Positions 45,001 through 56,023 of a stretch of 64,000 nt of DNA are shown piece by piece. The stretch is taken from positions 391,654,001 to 391,718,000 of the forward strand of contig OZ024741.1 in assembly GCA_964016885.1 (NCBI GenBank), in the 5' to 3' direction. Position 1 is the stretch's first letter; every line of letters begins with the position of its first letter. The translations under genes and the position numbers were made by a program. The DNA is from Eledone cirrhosa (lineage: Eukaryota). A model generated the notes under the pieces. That model worked only from the letters and a program-made list of their open reading frames with translations. It ran no database searches and was not told the DNA's origin.

Positions 45001-48000
45001 CTGGTCAAACCCAACTATTCAATGACCTAGTTACTAACAGCTAACTGGTCAAACCCAACTATTCAATGATCTAGTTACTAACAGCTAACTGGTCAAACCC
45101 AACTATTCAATGACCTAGTTACTAACAGTTAACTGGTCAAACCCAACTATTCAATGACCTAGTTACTAACAGCTAACTGGTCAAACCCAACTATTCAATG
45201 ATCTAGTCACTAACAGCTAACTGGTCAAACCCAACTATTCAATGATCTAGTTACTAACAGCTAACTGGTCAAACCCAACTATTCAATGACCTAGTTACTA
45301 ACAGTTAACTGGTCAAACCCAACTATTCAATGACCTAGTTACTAACAGTTAACTGGTCAAACCCAACTATTCAATGATCTAGTTACTAACAGTTAACTGG
45401 TCAAACCCAACTATTCAATGACCTAGTTACTAACAGCTAACTGGTCAAACCCAACTATTCCATGATCTAGTTACTAACAGCTAACTGGTCAAACCCAACT
45501 ATTCAATGACCTAGTTACTAACAGCTAAGTGGTCAAACCCAACTATTCAATGATCTAGTTACTAACAGTTAACTGGTCAAACCCAAATATTCAATGATCT
45601 AGTTACTAACAGCTAACTGGTCAAACCCAACTATTCAATGACCTAGTTACTAACAGCTAACTGGTCAAACCCAACTATTCAATGACCTAGTTACTAACAG
45701 TTAACTGGTTAAACCCAAATATTCAATGATCTAGTTACTAACAGCTAACTGGTCAAACCCAACTATTCAATGACCTAGTTACTAACAGCTAACTGGTCAA
45801 ACCAACTATTCAATGATCTAGTTACTAACAGCTAACTGGTCAATCCAAACTATTCAATGATCTAGTTACTAACAGCTAACTGGTCAAACCCAACTATTCA
45901 ATGACCTAGTTACTAACAGCTAACTGGTCAAACCCAAATATTCAATGATCTAGTTACTAACAGCTAACTGGTCAAACCCAACTATTCAATGACCTAGTTA
46001 CTAACAGTTAACTGGTCAAACCCAAATATTCAATGATCTAGTTACTAACAGCTAACTGGTCAAACCCAACTATTCAATGACCTAGTTACTAACAGTTAAC
46101 TGGTCAAACCCAAATATTCAATGATCTAGTTACTAACAGTTAACTGGTCAAACCCAAATATTCAATGATCTAGTTACTAACAGCTAACTGGTCAAACCCA
46201 ACTATTCAATGACCTAGTTACTAACAGCTAACTGGTCAAACCAACTATTCAATGACCTAGTTACTAACAGCTAACTGGTCAAACCCAACTATTCAATGAT
46301 CTAGTTACTAACAGTTAACTGGTCAAACCAACTATTCAATGACCTAGTTACTGACAGTTAACTGGTCAAACCCAACTATTCAATGACCTAGTTACTAACA
46401 GCAAACTGGTCAAACCCAACTATTCAATGATCTAGTTACTAACAGTTAACTGGTCAAACCCAACTATTCAATGACCTAGTTACTAACAGCTACCTGGTCA
46501 AACCCAACTATTCAATGATCTAGTTACTAACAGTTAACTGGTCAAACCAACTATTCAATGACCTAGTTACTAACAGTTAACTGGTCAAACCCAACTATTC
46601 AATGACGTACTTACTAACAGCTAATTGGTCAAACCCAACTATTCAATGATCTAGTTACTAACAGTTAACTGGTCAAACCCAACTATTCAATGACCTAGTT
46701 ACTAACAGCTACCTGGTCAAACCCAACTATTCAATGATCTAGTTACTAACAGTTAACTGGTCAAACCAACTATTCAATGACCTAGTTACTAACAGTTAAC
46801 TGGTCAAACCCAACTATTCAATGACGTACTTACTAACAGCTAACTGGTCAAACCCAACTATTCCATGATCTAGTTACTAACAGTTAACTGGTCAAACCCA
46901 ACTATTCAATGACGTACTTACTAACAGTTAACTGGTCAAACCCAAATATTCAATGATCTAGTTACTAACAGCTAACTGGTCAAACCCAACTATTCAATGA
47001 CCTAGTTACTAACAGCTAACTGGTCAAACCCAACTATTCCATGACCTAGTTACTAACAGTTAACTGGTTAAACCCAAATATTCAATGATCTAGTTACTAA
47101 CAGCTAACTGGTCAAACCCAACTATTCAATGACCTAGTTACTAACAGCTAACTGGTCAAACCCAACTATTCAATGATCTAGTTACTAACAGCTAACTGGT
47201 CAATCCAAACTATTCAATGATCTAGTTACTAACAGTTAACTGGTCAAACCAACTATTCAATGACCTAGTTACTGACAGTTAACTGGTCAAACCCAACTAT
47301 TCAATGACCTAGTTACTAACAGCAAACTGGTCAAACCCAACTATTCAATGATCTAGTTACTAACAGTTAACTGGTCAAACCCAACTATTCAATGACCTAG
47401 TTACTAACAGCTACCTGGTCAAACCCAACTATTCAATGATCTAGTTACTAACAGTTAACTGGTCAAACCAACTATTCAATGACCTAGTTACTAACAGTTA
47501 ACTGGTCAAACCCAACTATTCAATGACGTACTTACTAACAGCTAATTGGTCAAACCCAACTATTCAATGACCTAGTTACTAACAGTTAACTAGTCAAACC
47601 CAACTATTCAATGACCTAGTTACTAACAGTTAACTGGTCAAACCCAACTATTCAATGACCTAGTTACTAACAGTTAACTGGTCAAACCCAACTATTCAAT
47701 GACCTAGTTACTAACAGTTAACTGGTCAAACCCAACTATTCAATGACCTAGTTACTAACAGCTAACTGGTCAAACCCAACTATTCAATGACCTAGTTACT
47801 AACAGTTAACTGGTCAAACCCAACTATTCAATGACCTAGTTACTAACAGTTAACTGGTCAAACCCAACTATTCAATGACCTAGTTACTAACAGCTAACTG
47901 GTCAAACCCAACTATTCAATGACCTAGTTACTAACAGCTATCTGGTCAAACCCAACTATTCAATGACCTAGTTACTAACAGCTAACTGGTCAAACCCAAC

Positions 48001-51000
48001 TATTCAATGATCTAGTTACTAACAGTTAACTGGTCAAACCCAACTATTCAATGACCTAGTTACTAACAGCTAACTGGTCAAACCAACTATTCAATGATCT
48101 AGTTACTAACAGCTAACTGGTCAATCCAAACTATTCAATGATCTAGTTACTAACAGCTAACTGGTCAAACCCAACTATTCAATGACCTAGTTACTAACAG
48201 CTAACTGGTCAAACCCAAATATTCAATGATCTAGTTACTAACAGCTAACTGGTCAAACCCAACTATTCAATGACCTAGTTACTAACAGTTAACTGGTCAA
48301 ACCCAAATATTCAATGATCTAGTTACTAACAGCTAACTGGTCAAACCCAACTATTCAATGACCTAGTTACTAACAGTTAACTGGTCAAACCCAAATATTC
48401 AATGATCTAGTTACTAACAGTTAACTGGTCAAACCCAAATATTCAATGATCTAGTTACTAACAGCTAACTGGTCAAACCCAACTATTCAATGACCTAGTT
48501 ACTAACAGCTAACTGGTCAAACCAACTATTCAATGACCTAGTTACTAACAGCTAACTGGTCAAACCCAACTATTCAATGATCTAGTTACTAACAGTTAAC
48601 TGGTCAAACCAACTATTCAATGACCTAGTTACTGACAGTTAACTGGTCAAACCCAACTATTCAATGACCTAGTTACTAACAGCAAACTGGTCAAACCCAA
48701 CTATTCAATGATCTAGTTACTAACAGTTAACTGGTCAAACCCAACTATTCAATGACCTAGTTACTAACAGCTACCTGGTCAAACCCAACTATTCAATGAT
48801 CTAGTTACTAACAGTTAACTGGTCAAACCAACTATTCAATGACCTAGTTACTAACAGTTAACTGGTCAAACCCAACTATTCAATGACGTACTTACTAACA
48901 GCTAATTGGTCAAACCCAACTATTCAATGATCTAGTTACTAACAGTTAACTGGTCAAACCCAACTATTCAATGACCTAGTTACTAACAGCTACCTGGTCA
49001 AACCCAACTATTCAATGATCTAGTTACTAACAGTTAACTGGTCAAACCAACTATTCAATGACCTAGTTACTAACAGTTAACTGGTCAAACCCAACTATTC
49101 AATGACGTACTTACTAACAGCTAACTGGTCAAACCCAACTATTCCATGATCTAGTTACTAACAGTTAACTGGTCAAACCCAACTATTCAATGACGTACTT
49201 ACTAACAGTTAACTGGTCAAACCCAAATATTCAATGATCTAGTTACTAACAGCTAACTGGTCAAACCCAACTATTCAATGACCTAGTTACTAACAGCTAA
49301 CTGGTCAAACCCAACTATTCCATGACCTAGTTACTAACAGTTAACTGGTTAAACCCAAATATTCAATGATCTAGTTACTAACAGCTAACTGGTCAAACCC
49401 AACTATTCAATGACCTAGTTACTAACAGCTAACTGGTCAAACCCAACTATTCAATGATCTAGTTACTAACAGCTAACTGGTCAATCCAAACTATTCAATG
49501 ATCTAGTTACTAACAGTTAACTGGTCAAACCAACTATTCAATGACCTAGTTACTGACAGTTAACTGGTCAAACCCAACTATTCAATGACCTAGTTACTAA
49601 CAGCAAACTGGTCAAAGCCAACTATTCAATGATCTAGTTACTAACAGTTAACTGGTCAAACCCAACTATTCAATGACCTAGTTACTAACAGCTACCTGGT
49701 CAAACCCAACTATTCAATGATCTAGTTACTAACAGTTAACTGGTCAAACCAACTATTCAATGACCTAGTTACTAACAGTTAACTGGTCAAACCCAACTAT
49801 TCAATGACGTACTTACTAACAGCTAATTGGTCAAACCCAACTATTCAATGACCTAGTTACTAACAGTTAACTAGTCAAACCCAACTATTCAATGACCTAG
49901 TTACTAACAGTTAACTGGTCAAACCCAACTATTCAATGACCTAGTTACTAACAGTTAACTGGTCAAACCCAACTATTCAATGACCTAGTTACTAACAGTT
50001 AACTGGTCAAACCCAACTATTCAATGACCTAGTTACTAACAGCTAACTGGTCAAACCCAACTATTCAATGACCTAGTTACTAACAGCTATCTGGTCAAAC
50101 CCAACTATTCAATGACCTAGTTACTAACAGCTAACTGGTCAAACCCAACTATTCAATGATCTAGTTACTAACAGTTAACTGGTCAAACCCAACTATTCAA
50201 TGACCTAGTTACTAACAGCTAACTGGTCAAACCCAACTATTCAATGACCTAGTTACTAACAGCTAACTGGTCAAACCCAACTATTCAATGACCTAGTTAC
50301 TAACAGCTAACTGGTCAAACCCAACTATTCAATGACCTAGTTACTAACAGCTAACTGGTCAAACCCAACTATTCAATGATCTAGTTACTAACAGTTAACT
50401 GGTCAAACCCAACTATTCAATGACCTAGTTACTAACAGCTAACTGGTCAAATCCAACTATTCAATGATCTAGTTACTAACAGTTAACTGGTCGAACCCAA
50501 CTATTCAATGACCTAGTTACTAACAGCTAACTGGTCAAACCCAACTATTCAATGATCTAGTTACTAACAGCTAACTGGTCAAACCCAACTATTCAATGAT
50601 CTAGTTACTAACAGCTAACTGGTCAAACCCAACTATTCAATAACGTACTTACTAACGGCTAACTGGTCAAACCCAACTATTCAATGACCTAGTTACTAAC
50701 AGTTAACTAGTCAAACCCAACTATTCAATGACTAGTTACTAACAGCTAACTGGTCAAACCAAACTATTCAATGACCTAGTTACTAACAGCTAACTGGTCA
50801 AACCCAACTATTCAATGACCTAGTTACTAACAGCTAACTGGTCAAACCCAACTATTCAATGACCTAGTTACTAACAGCTAACTGGTCAAACGCAACTATT
50901 CAATGACCTAGTTACTAACAGCTAACTGGTCAAACCCAATTATTCAATGACCTAGTTACTAACAGCTAACTGGTCAAATCCAACTATTCAATGATCTAGT

Positions 51001-51878
51001 TACTAACAATTAACTGGTCAAACCCAACTATTCAATGACCTAGTTACTTACAGCTAACTGGTCAAACCCAACTATTCAATGACCTAGTTACTAACAGCTA
51101 ACTGGTCAAACCCAACTTTTCAATGACCTAGTTACTAACAGCTAACTGGTCAAACCCAACTATTCAATGACCTAGTTACTAACAGCTAACTGGTCAAACC
51201 CAACTATTCAATGACCTAGTTACTGACAGCTAACTTGTCAAACCCAACTATTCAATGACCTAGTTACTAACAGCTAACTGGTCAAACCCAACTATTCAAT
51301 GACCTAGTTACTAACAGCTAACTGGTCAAACCCAACTATTCAATGACCTAGTTACTAACAGCTAACTGGTCAAACCCAACTATTCAATGACCTAGTTACT
51401 CACAGTTAACTGGTCAAACCCAACTATTCAATGATCTAGTTACTAACAGCTAACTGGTCAAACCCAACTATTCAATGATCTAGTTACTAACAGCTAACTG
51501 GTCAAACCCAACTATTCAATGACCTAGTTACTAACAGCTAACTGGTCAAACCCAACTATCCAATGACCTAGTTACTCACAGTTAACTGGTCAAACCCAAC
51601 TATTCAATGATCTAGTTACTAACAGCTAACTGGTCAAACCCAACTATTCAATGACCTAGTTACTAACAGCTAACTGGTCAAACCCAACTATTCAATGACC
51701 TAGTTACTAACAGTTAACTGGTCAAACCCCACTATTCAATGATCTAGTTACTAACAGCTAACTGGTCAAACCCAACTATTCAATGACCTAGTTACTAACA
51801 GCTAACTGGTCAAACCCAACTATTCAATGATCTAGTTACTAACAGCTAACTGGTCAAACCCAACTATTAAATGACCTA
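1..51878. repeat. 44-bp tandem satellite DNA array, about 1,180 head-to-tail copies, extending beyond the left window edge
   Basis: Consensus GACCTAGTTACTAACAGTTAACTGGTCAAACCCAACTATTCAAT recurs every 44 nt (e.g. starts at 61 and 105). About 36% GC. Common variants are GACC/GATC, GTTAAC/GCTAAC and AAACCC/AAACCA/AAACTC. The ORF track has no calls in this region. It ends abruptly at ...ATGACCTA (51878). Confidence 0.99.
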
Positions 51879-51889
51879 TTTTCTGATCC

Positions 51890-52359
51890 TGTCGCAAGCA
51901 CGTGGACCGCACATTGTCATAAGGATTTTGAAGTTGATGTCATCCTCAATGCCCGTAAGTCGGTGATTAATTTCGATGACTCTATTTGGATAAAAAAATC
52001 TAATAGTGCCCCATTCGACGTGAGTATGGACGCCAACGATTCTACGGAGGTTACTGATCTTATCGGCCTTCTTTTCTCTATGAAGGAAGAATTCCCCCAA
52101 CGTGGGCGGTGGTTTGTACCGTGATGACGGTCTTTTGACCATGACAAAGTGCGGCCCACGTGTTTCCGACAGGTTCAGAAAAGAACTCACATCCTTCTTT
52201 AAAGGCCTCAACATCTCCATAGAGGTTGAGGCCAACTTCTCGGTCGTTAATTACCTCGCCGTTACCCTCAATTTGTCGAATGGCTTGCACTACCCGTATA
52301 GAAAGCCGAATGATACGCTTAATTACATAAGTAAGCATTCTAACCAGCCGTCAGTACGT
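51890..52359 (+). mobile_element. Penelope-like element (PLE) reverse transcriptase fragment, frameshifted and truncated at both ends
   Basis: Manual translation from 51936 gives DVILNARKSVINFDDSIWIKKSNSAPFDVSMDANDSTEVTDLIGLLF. After a frameshift it reads GLYRDDGL...FKGLNISIEVEANFSVVNYLAVTLNLSNGLHYPYRKPNDTLNYISKHSNQP. This matches PLE RT motifs (FDVTMGSYDGAEVCELVG, YRDD, FLDVTL, YRKP, SNHP). Confidence 0.85.
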
Positions 52360-52360
52360 T

Positions 52361-53490
52361 GAGACAGATAAGATCATGAGAGTTGGGAAGGAACTCCTTG
52401 AAAGATACTCTCTGCATGATAATCAAAAACTCACACCCAGGGAAATTGCCCAGCAATACCGCAGTGAATCCATAGATGAAGCACTGCATGCTTATCAGCA
52501 AAAAATCATGCATGGATATATTGCCAGGAAGCTCCATATTGAGAGTAATATAGATAAGCAAAGTAGTCCATCTTGGACCAACAACCGCTATATTGGCTCC
52601 CACTTTGAAGGATACGCTTTTGCAATCCAAGAACAAGAAATCAACACAAAATACCTGATTCACAAAGGAGATGGGGATGCAGGCAAAACACCTAGATGTG
52701 ACAATAAATGTACACTCTGCAGAATTAACATCGAAGATGTCACCCAATCATAAGCAGCTGTCCAAAGATGTCATCACGGTACTCTCTACATATGAGGATT
52801 GATGTAGTGGTCAAAGCACTGGACAATACAATCAGTAGAAAAGATTGTCTCGACAATAAACTAATTAAAAGTTACAGCAATGTGGAGGACTTATACATAT
52901 AGAATATGAAAGAGTACTGGTGGAATGTACCTGTCAAAACCCCAATAAAATGCAAGAATAACAGAGCAGATTTAATTATATGGGACAGGGTGGAAGTTAA
53001 CTGCCCAGCAGATGCCAATATAATACTAAAGATTAACGAAAAGGAGAATATCTATGCAGAACTAATGAGAAATCTGCAGATACTCAATCCTGATTATACC
53101 TTCAGATTTATGCCTGCGATTATTGGGGCACTGGGATATATTAGTAACTGCCTCAATACAAATCTTCAGAAGCTAGGCTTCACAGGAACAGATAGAATAC
53201 GACTAGTTAGAAAATCACAAGTACCATCCATTAATGGAACAATAAAAATATGTAAAACATTCCCAAAATTCTGCATCTAATAACTGCATGTACACATGTA
53301 CAGATACTAAGCATATGCACATGCAAATATATAACTCAAAACATACACATCCATACTTACAATAACATCCATACCTGCACACAGATGCAGAAATGCATAT
53401 ATATCTTCCTAGTTGATGTTGTGTAAATTCCAATGTGAGAGTCTTGTGTCTATGTTAGAAACCGACTCTCTCTCTCTCTATTGGTAAAGA
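52361..53490 (+). mobile_element. Decayed 5'-truncated R4/Dong-type (RLE-class) non-LTR retrotransposon: post-RT region, CCHC finger, restriction-like endonuclease and 3' UTR
   Basis: ORF 52376-52753 has HG...EGYAFAIQEQEINTK and CTLC...EDVT. It continues after a frameshift as IISSCPKMSSRYSLHMRIDVV (degenerate CCHC plus RHD motif). ORF 52906-53280 has WWNVPV..NNRADLIIWD..VEVNCPADANI..KINEKENIY..FMPAIIGALG (PD-(D/E)xK-type RLE). The 3' boundary is approximate. Confidence 0.85.
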
Positions 53491-53513
53491 ACATACATAC
53501 ATGCATGTATACA

Positions 53514-53862
53514 TGATGGCTGCCCCCTCGTTATCGAGTATGGCCATTTCACGATATAACATTATAAATAATTATTAATTAATGCTATCGTGCAATTCCT
53601 GTAAGTGAAGATTTTTTTTAAAGTGAGCAAAACTGTGCACTGAGCCAATCCCACTCTCTGAGAGACAGTAGCTATAACCCGAAAAGAAGAAAAGATCAAC
53701 ATCATCGTTAACTACTGAGCCACAGCTTTTATACCAGTTATCCCAGTTCCCTGAGTTGCCTTCTCCTAAAAGAATGCCCTGACAAAAACTAGGGGCCCTT
53801 CACTCCAAGTGGTTTAACCCCGCGATCGGGTATCCAGCCTGATTATTTCTATGTCCTCGCGC
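53514..53862 (-). mobile_element. Possible RTE-derived non-autonomous (bipartite) element
   Basis: The minus strand has TAGGAGAAGGCAACTC (53753-53768), similar to the GGAGAAGG motif of RTE 5' UTRs. A terminal CTCG-ATAA-CGAG stem-loop (53527-53538) is followed by an ATGT-like tail. The assignment rests on recalled motif similarity only. Confidence 0.35.

Positions 53863-53867
<5 letters not shown>

Positions 53868-53921
<54 letters not shown>
53868..53921. repeat. (TA)n microsatellite, about 27 units
   Basis: Directly visible perfect TA run. Confidence 0.98.
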
Positions 53922-53928
<7 letters not shown>

Positions 53929-54096
53929 ATACATATTTACACATTTTTTGGGATGGCCGTTGACTCACATGAGTTCTTCCGCCTCTTCCGCTACATACAT
54001 AACAATGAAAACTAATTACCAAAAATGTTATTAAGTTGACGTTAGATAGACATATGTATGCGTATAGATCAGGTCTGACCTGGGATTAAACAAATT

Positions 54097-54229
54097 ATAT
54101 TTTGTCGACTACAGAAGGGTAAATCACAAAGGCAATCCTTGTAAAATTTGAACTCAAAATGCCAAGAAACGCGATTAAATACTATCAGGCATTTTGTCGG
54201 ATGCTCATCCGATTCAGCCATCTACCACC
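54097..54229 (-). mobile_element. Old diverged tRNA-derived SINE copy
   Basis: The reverse complement shows an A-box-like TGGCTGAATCGG (54209-54220), a B-box GAGTTCAAAT (54146-54155) and a GTCGACAAAAT segment, colinear with the younger SINEs at 55108 and 57033. Confidence 0.6.
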
Positions 54230-54311
54230 CCTACTTATAATTTGATATTGATTTCCTCAGATATAGGGTCAGGAAGATATAATTGAATTGATAGATACTC
54301 GGCATTCAAGA

Positions 54312-54371
54312 GGTACTTTATTTTATCGGCAATGGAAGGGTTAGAATCGACCAGGGTGAGTTTTTAACTCA
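54312..54371 (-). mobile_element. Old SINE fragment
   Basis: The reverse complement contains CCGATAAAATAAAGTACC, matching the TCGATAAAATAAAGTACC core of the SINE at 57033. Confidence 0.5.
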
Positions 54372-55038
54372 ATTAAGCTCTACAAGTCTTTCCTGTTCAA
54401 TATGAACAGACAATTATTAATAACGTCTATCACTCAGGATATCATATTTCCTCAAACAGTAATCGATACATATGCGTCAATTGATATTTTAATTTATTTC
54501 TAACAACTCATTTAATATTTTTTGGTGCCGTCTTAATTTAATCTTAATAATAAAACAAAGATTAGGTTTCGTGGTGACGTAATTACTGGAATTGTTATTG
54601 TTGTGTCAGTTGGTTCTCAACGAGCTGATCTGTGATCAAAGACATTCTAGCTGTGACCATCCTATCTATCTTTCAAGAAAAATTTGCCTGCTTCGGAATG
54701 CATTGTTTAATGTGTCCTTCTAATTTTCAAGGCTGTGGCTCGAGGAAATTTCGAGTACGTTGAACGACCAGGTAGAGGAAATGGTGAGAGTAGATAAAAG
54801 TAGTAGTCTGCCGGTTCATATGCCACGATTTTAAATCCGCATCAAGTGCTTCTGAGCAACAGACGTGATGGACGTGATTTATCCTACCAGGGAGGATCTA
54901 TATATCTCATCTGCTCCACATAACGAAAGAAGAACCGCATTTAGCCCCAGCCCGTTGAATTTTGTCATTGTGGGTATCATTGTTATTGTTATTTAAGGCC
55001 AAGTCAGCCCTGATCGAGCAATATTATGATTAAAAGTA

Positions 55039-55086
55039 CCAGTAATGCACTGGGTAATTGCTGGCCTTGTGCCTAAAATAGAAACA
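55039..55086 (+). mobile_element. 5'-truncated SINE (tail only) with 16-bp target-site duplication
   Basis: CCAGTAATGCACTGGGTAATTGCTGGCCTTGTGCCTAAAATAGAAACA is flanked by ATTATGATTAAAAGTA at 55023-55038 and 55087-55102. Confidence 0.85.
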
Positions 55087-55107
55087 ATTATGATTAAAAG
55101 TATTAAT

Positions 55108-55667
55108 GGCGGTGGATTGGCAGTATTGGTAGAGCGTCAGACACCATGCTTTTCAGCATAGAGCTATGACCCTTTACGTTCTTGGTTCAAATCCCGCCGA
55201 GGTTAACTTTGCCTTTCATCCTTACGGGGTCGATAAAATAAAGCACCAGTAATGCACCCCACCTAACATCCACTCACCCAACGTCCACCCCACCCAACGT
55301 CCACTCCACCCAACGTCCACCCCACCCAACGTCCACTCCACCCAACGTCCAGCCATCGTCTACCCCACCCAACGTCTACCCCACCCAACGTCTACCCCAC
55401 CCAACGTCCACCCCACCCAACGTCCACTCCACCCATCGTCTACCCCACCCAACGTCTACCCCACCCAACGTCCACTCCACCCAACGTCCACCCATCGTCT
55501 ACCCCACCCAACGTCCACTCCACCCAACGTCTACCCCACCCAACGTCCACTCCACCCAACATCTACCCCACCCAACGTCCACTCCACCCAACGTCCACCC
55601 ATCGTCTACCCCACCCAATGTCCACTCCACCCAACGTCAACAAAAAAATTGTGCCAAAATTAGAAAC
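55108..55667 (+). mobile_element. tRNA-derived SINE interrupted by a minisatellite
   Basis: A-box TGGCAGTATTGG (55118-55129), B-box GGTTCAAATCC (55184-55194) and body GCCTTTCATCCTTACGGGGTCGATAAAATAAAG, which resembles the Meta/MESC SINE domain as recalled. The tail TTGTGCCAAAATTAGAAAC resumes after the minisatellite. Confidence 0.85.
55255..55638. repeat. C-rich 16-bp minisatellite (CCCAACGTC[C/T]AC[C/T]CCA)n, about 24 units
   Basis: Directly visible tandem units with occasional shortened CCATCGTC variants. Confidence 0.95.
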
Positions 55668-55675
55668 ATTTAAGT

Positions 55676-55886
55676 GCGGTGGATTGAAAGTATCGGTAGA
55701 GTGTCGGACAACATGATTTGGGGCATATAGTTACGTCCCTTTACGTTCTGAATTCAAATTCCTCTTTGTCTTTCATCCTTACGGGGTCGGTAAAATAAAG
55801 TACCAGTAATACAATGGGATTGATTTAATCGACTTTCCCCTTCCCTTCAAATTGCTCGCCTTGTACCCAAAGTAGAAATAATTATT
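55676..55886 (+). mobile_element. tRNA-derived SINE, longer-tail variant
   Basis: Colinear with the 55108 copy: GCGGTGGATTG..., AATTCAAATT, TTTCATCCTTACGGGGTCGGTAAAATAAAGTACCAGT, ending CCTTGTACCCAAAGTAGAAATAATTATT. Confidence 0.85.
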
Positions 55887-56023
55887 GCACTTTCTTACAT
55901 TGAACATGTGTCAGTTCCGCTCCTGCTTCTTGCCACTTGCCACTCGTCTCTGGCGGTTTGTTTTTTGGATATAATTAACAAGTAAGCTAAAACACTGTTT
56001 CATAAAACCAACCTAATTTTCTA

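Noticed and set aside
1-51878. CRISPR-like array (palindromic repeat next to RT/nuclease genes)
   Set aside because: There are no unique spacers: the inter-hairpin segment is as conserved as the hairpin. There are no cas genes, and the context is eukaryotic LINE/SINE DNA.
1-51878. Telomeric repeat or coding repeat
   Set aside because: There are only weak CTAAC/AAACCC resemblances and no (CCCTAA)n tracts. Stop codons are frequent on both strands and the track calls no ORFs.
51876-53433. Minus-strand ORFs of 72-135 aa
   Set aside because: They are antisense shadows of the PLE and R4 fragments or low-complexity UTR, with no recognisable motifs.
54060-55030. Short mutually similar segments (near 54065-54092 minus, 54593-54665 and 54981-55030) suggesting another old interspersed repeat
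   Set aside because: Too diverged to define boundaries or family from the sequence alone.
55108-55200. tRNA gene
   Set aside because: A and B boxes are present but there is no cloverleaf. It continues into a SINE body and tail and occurs as several diverged copies.
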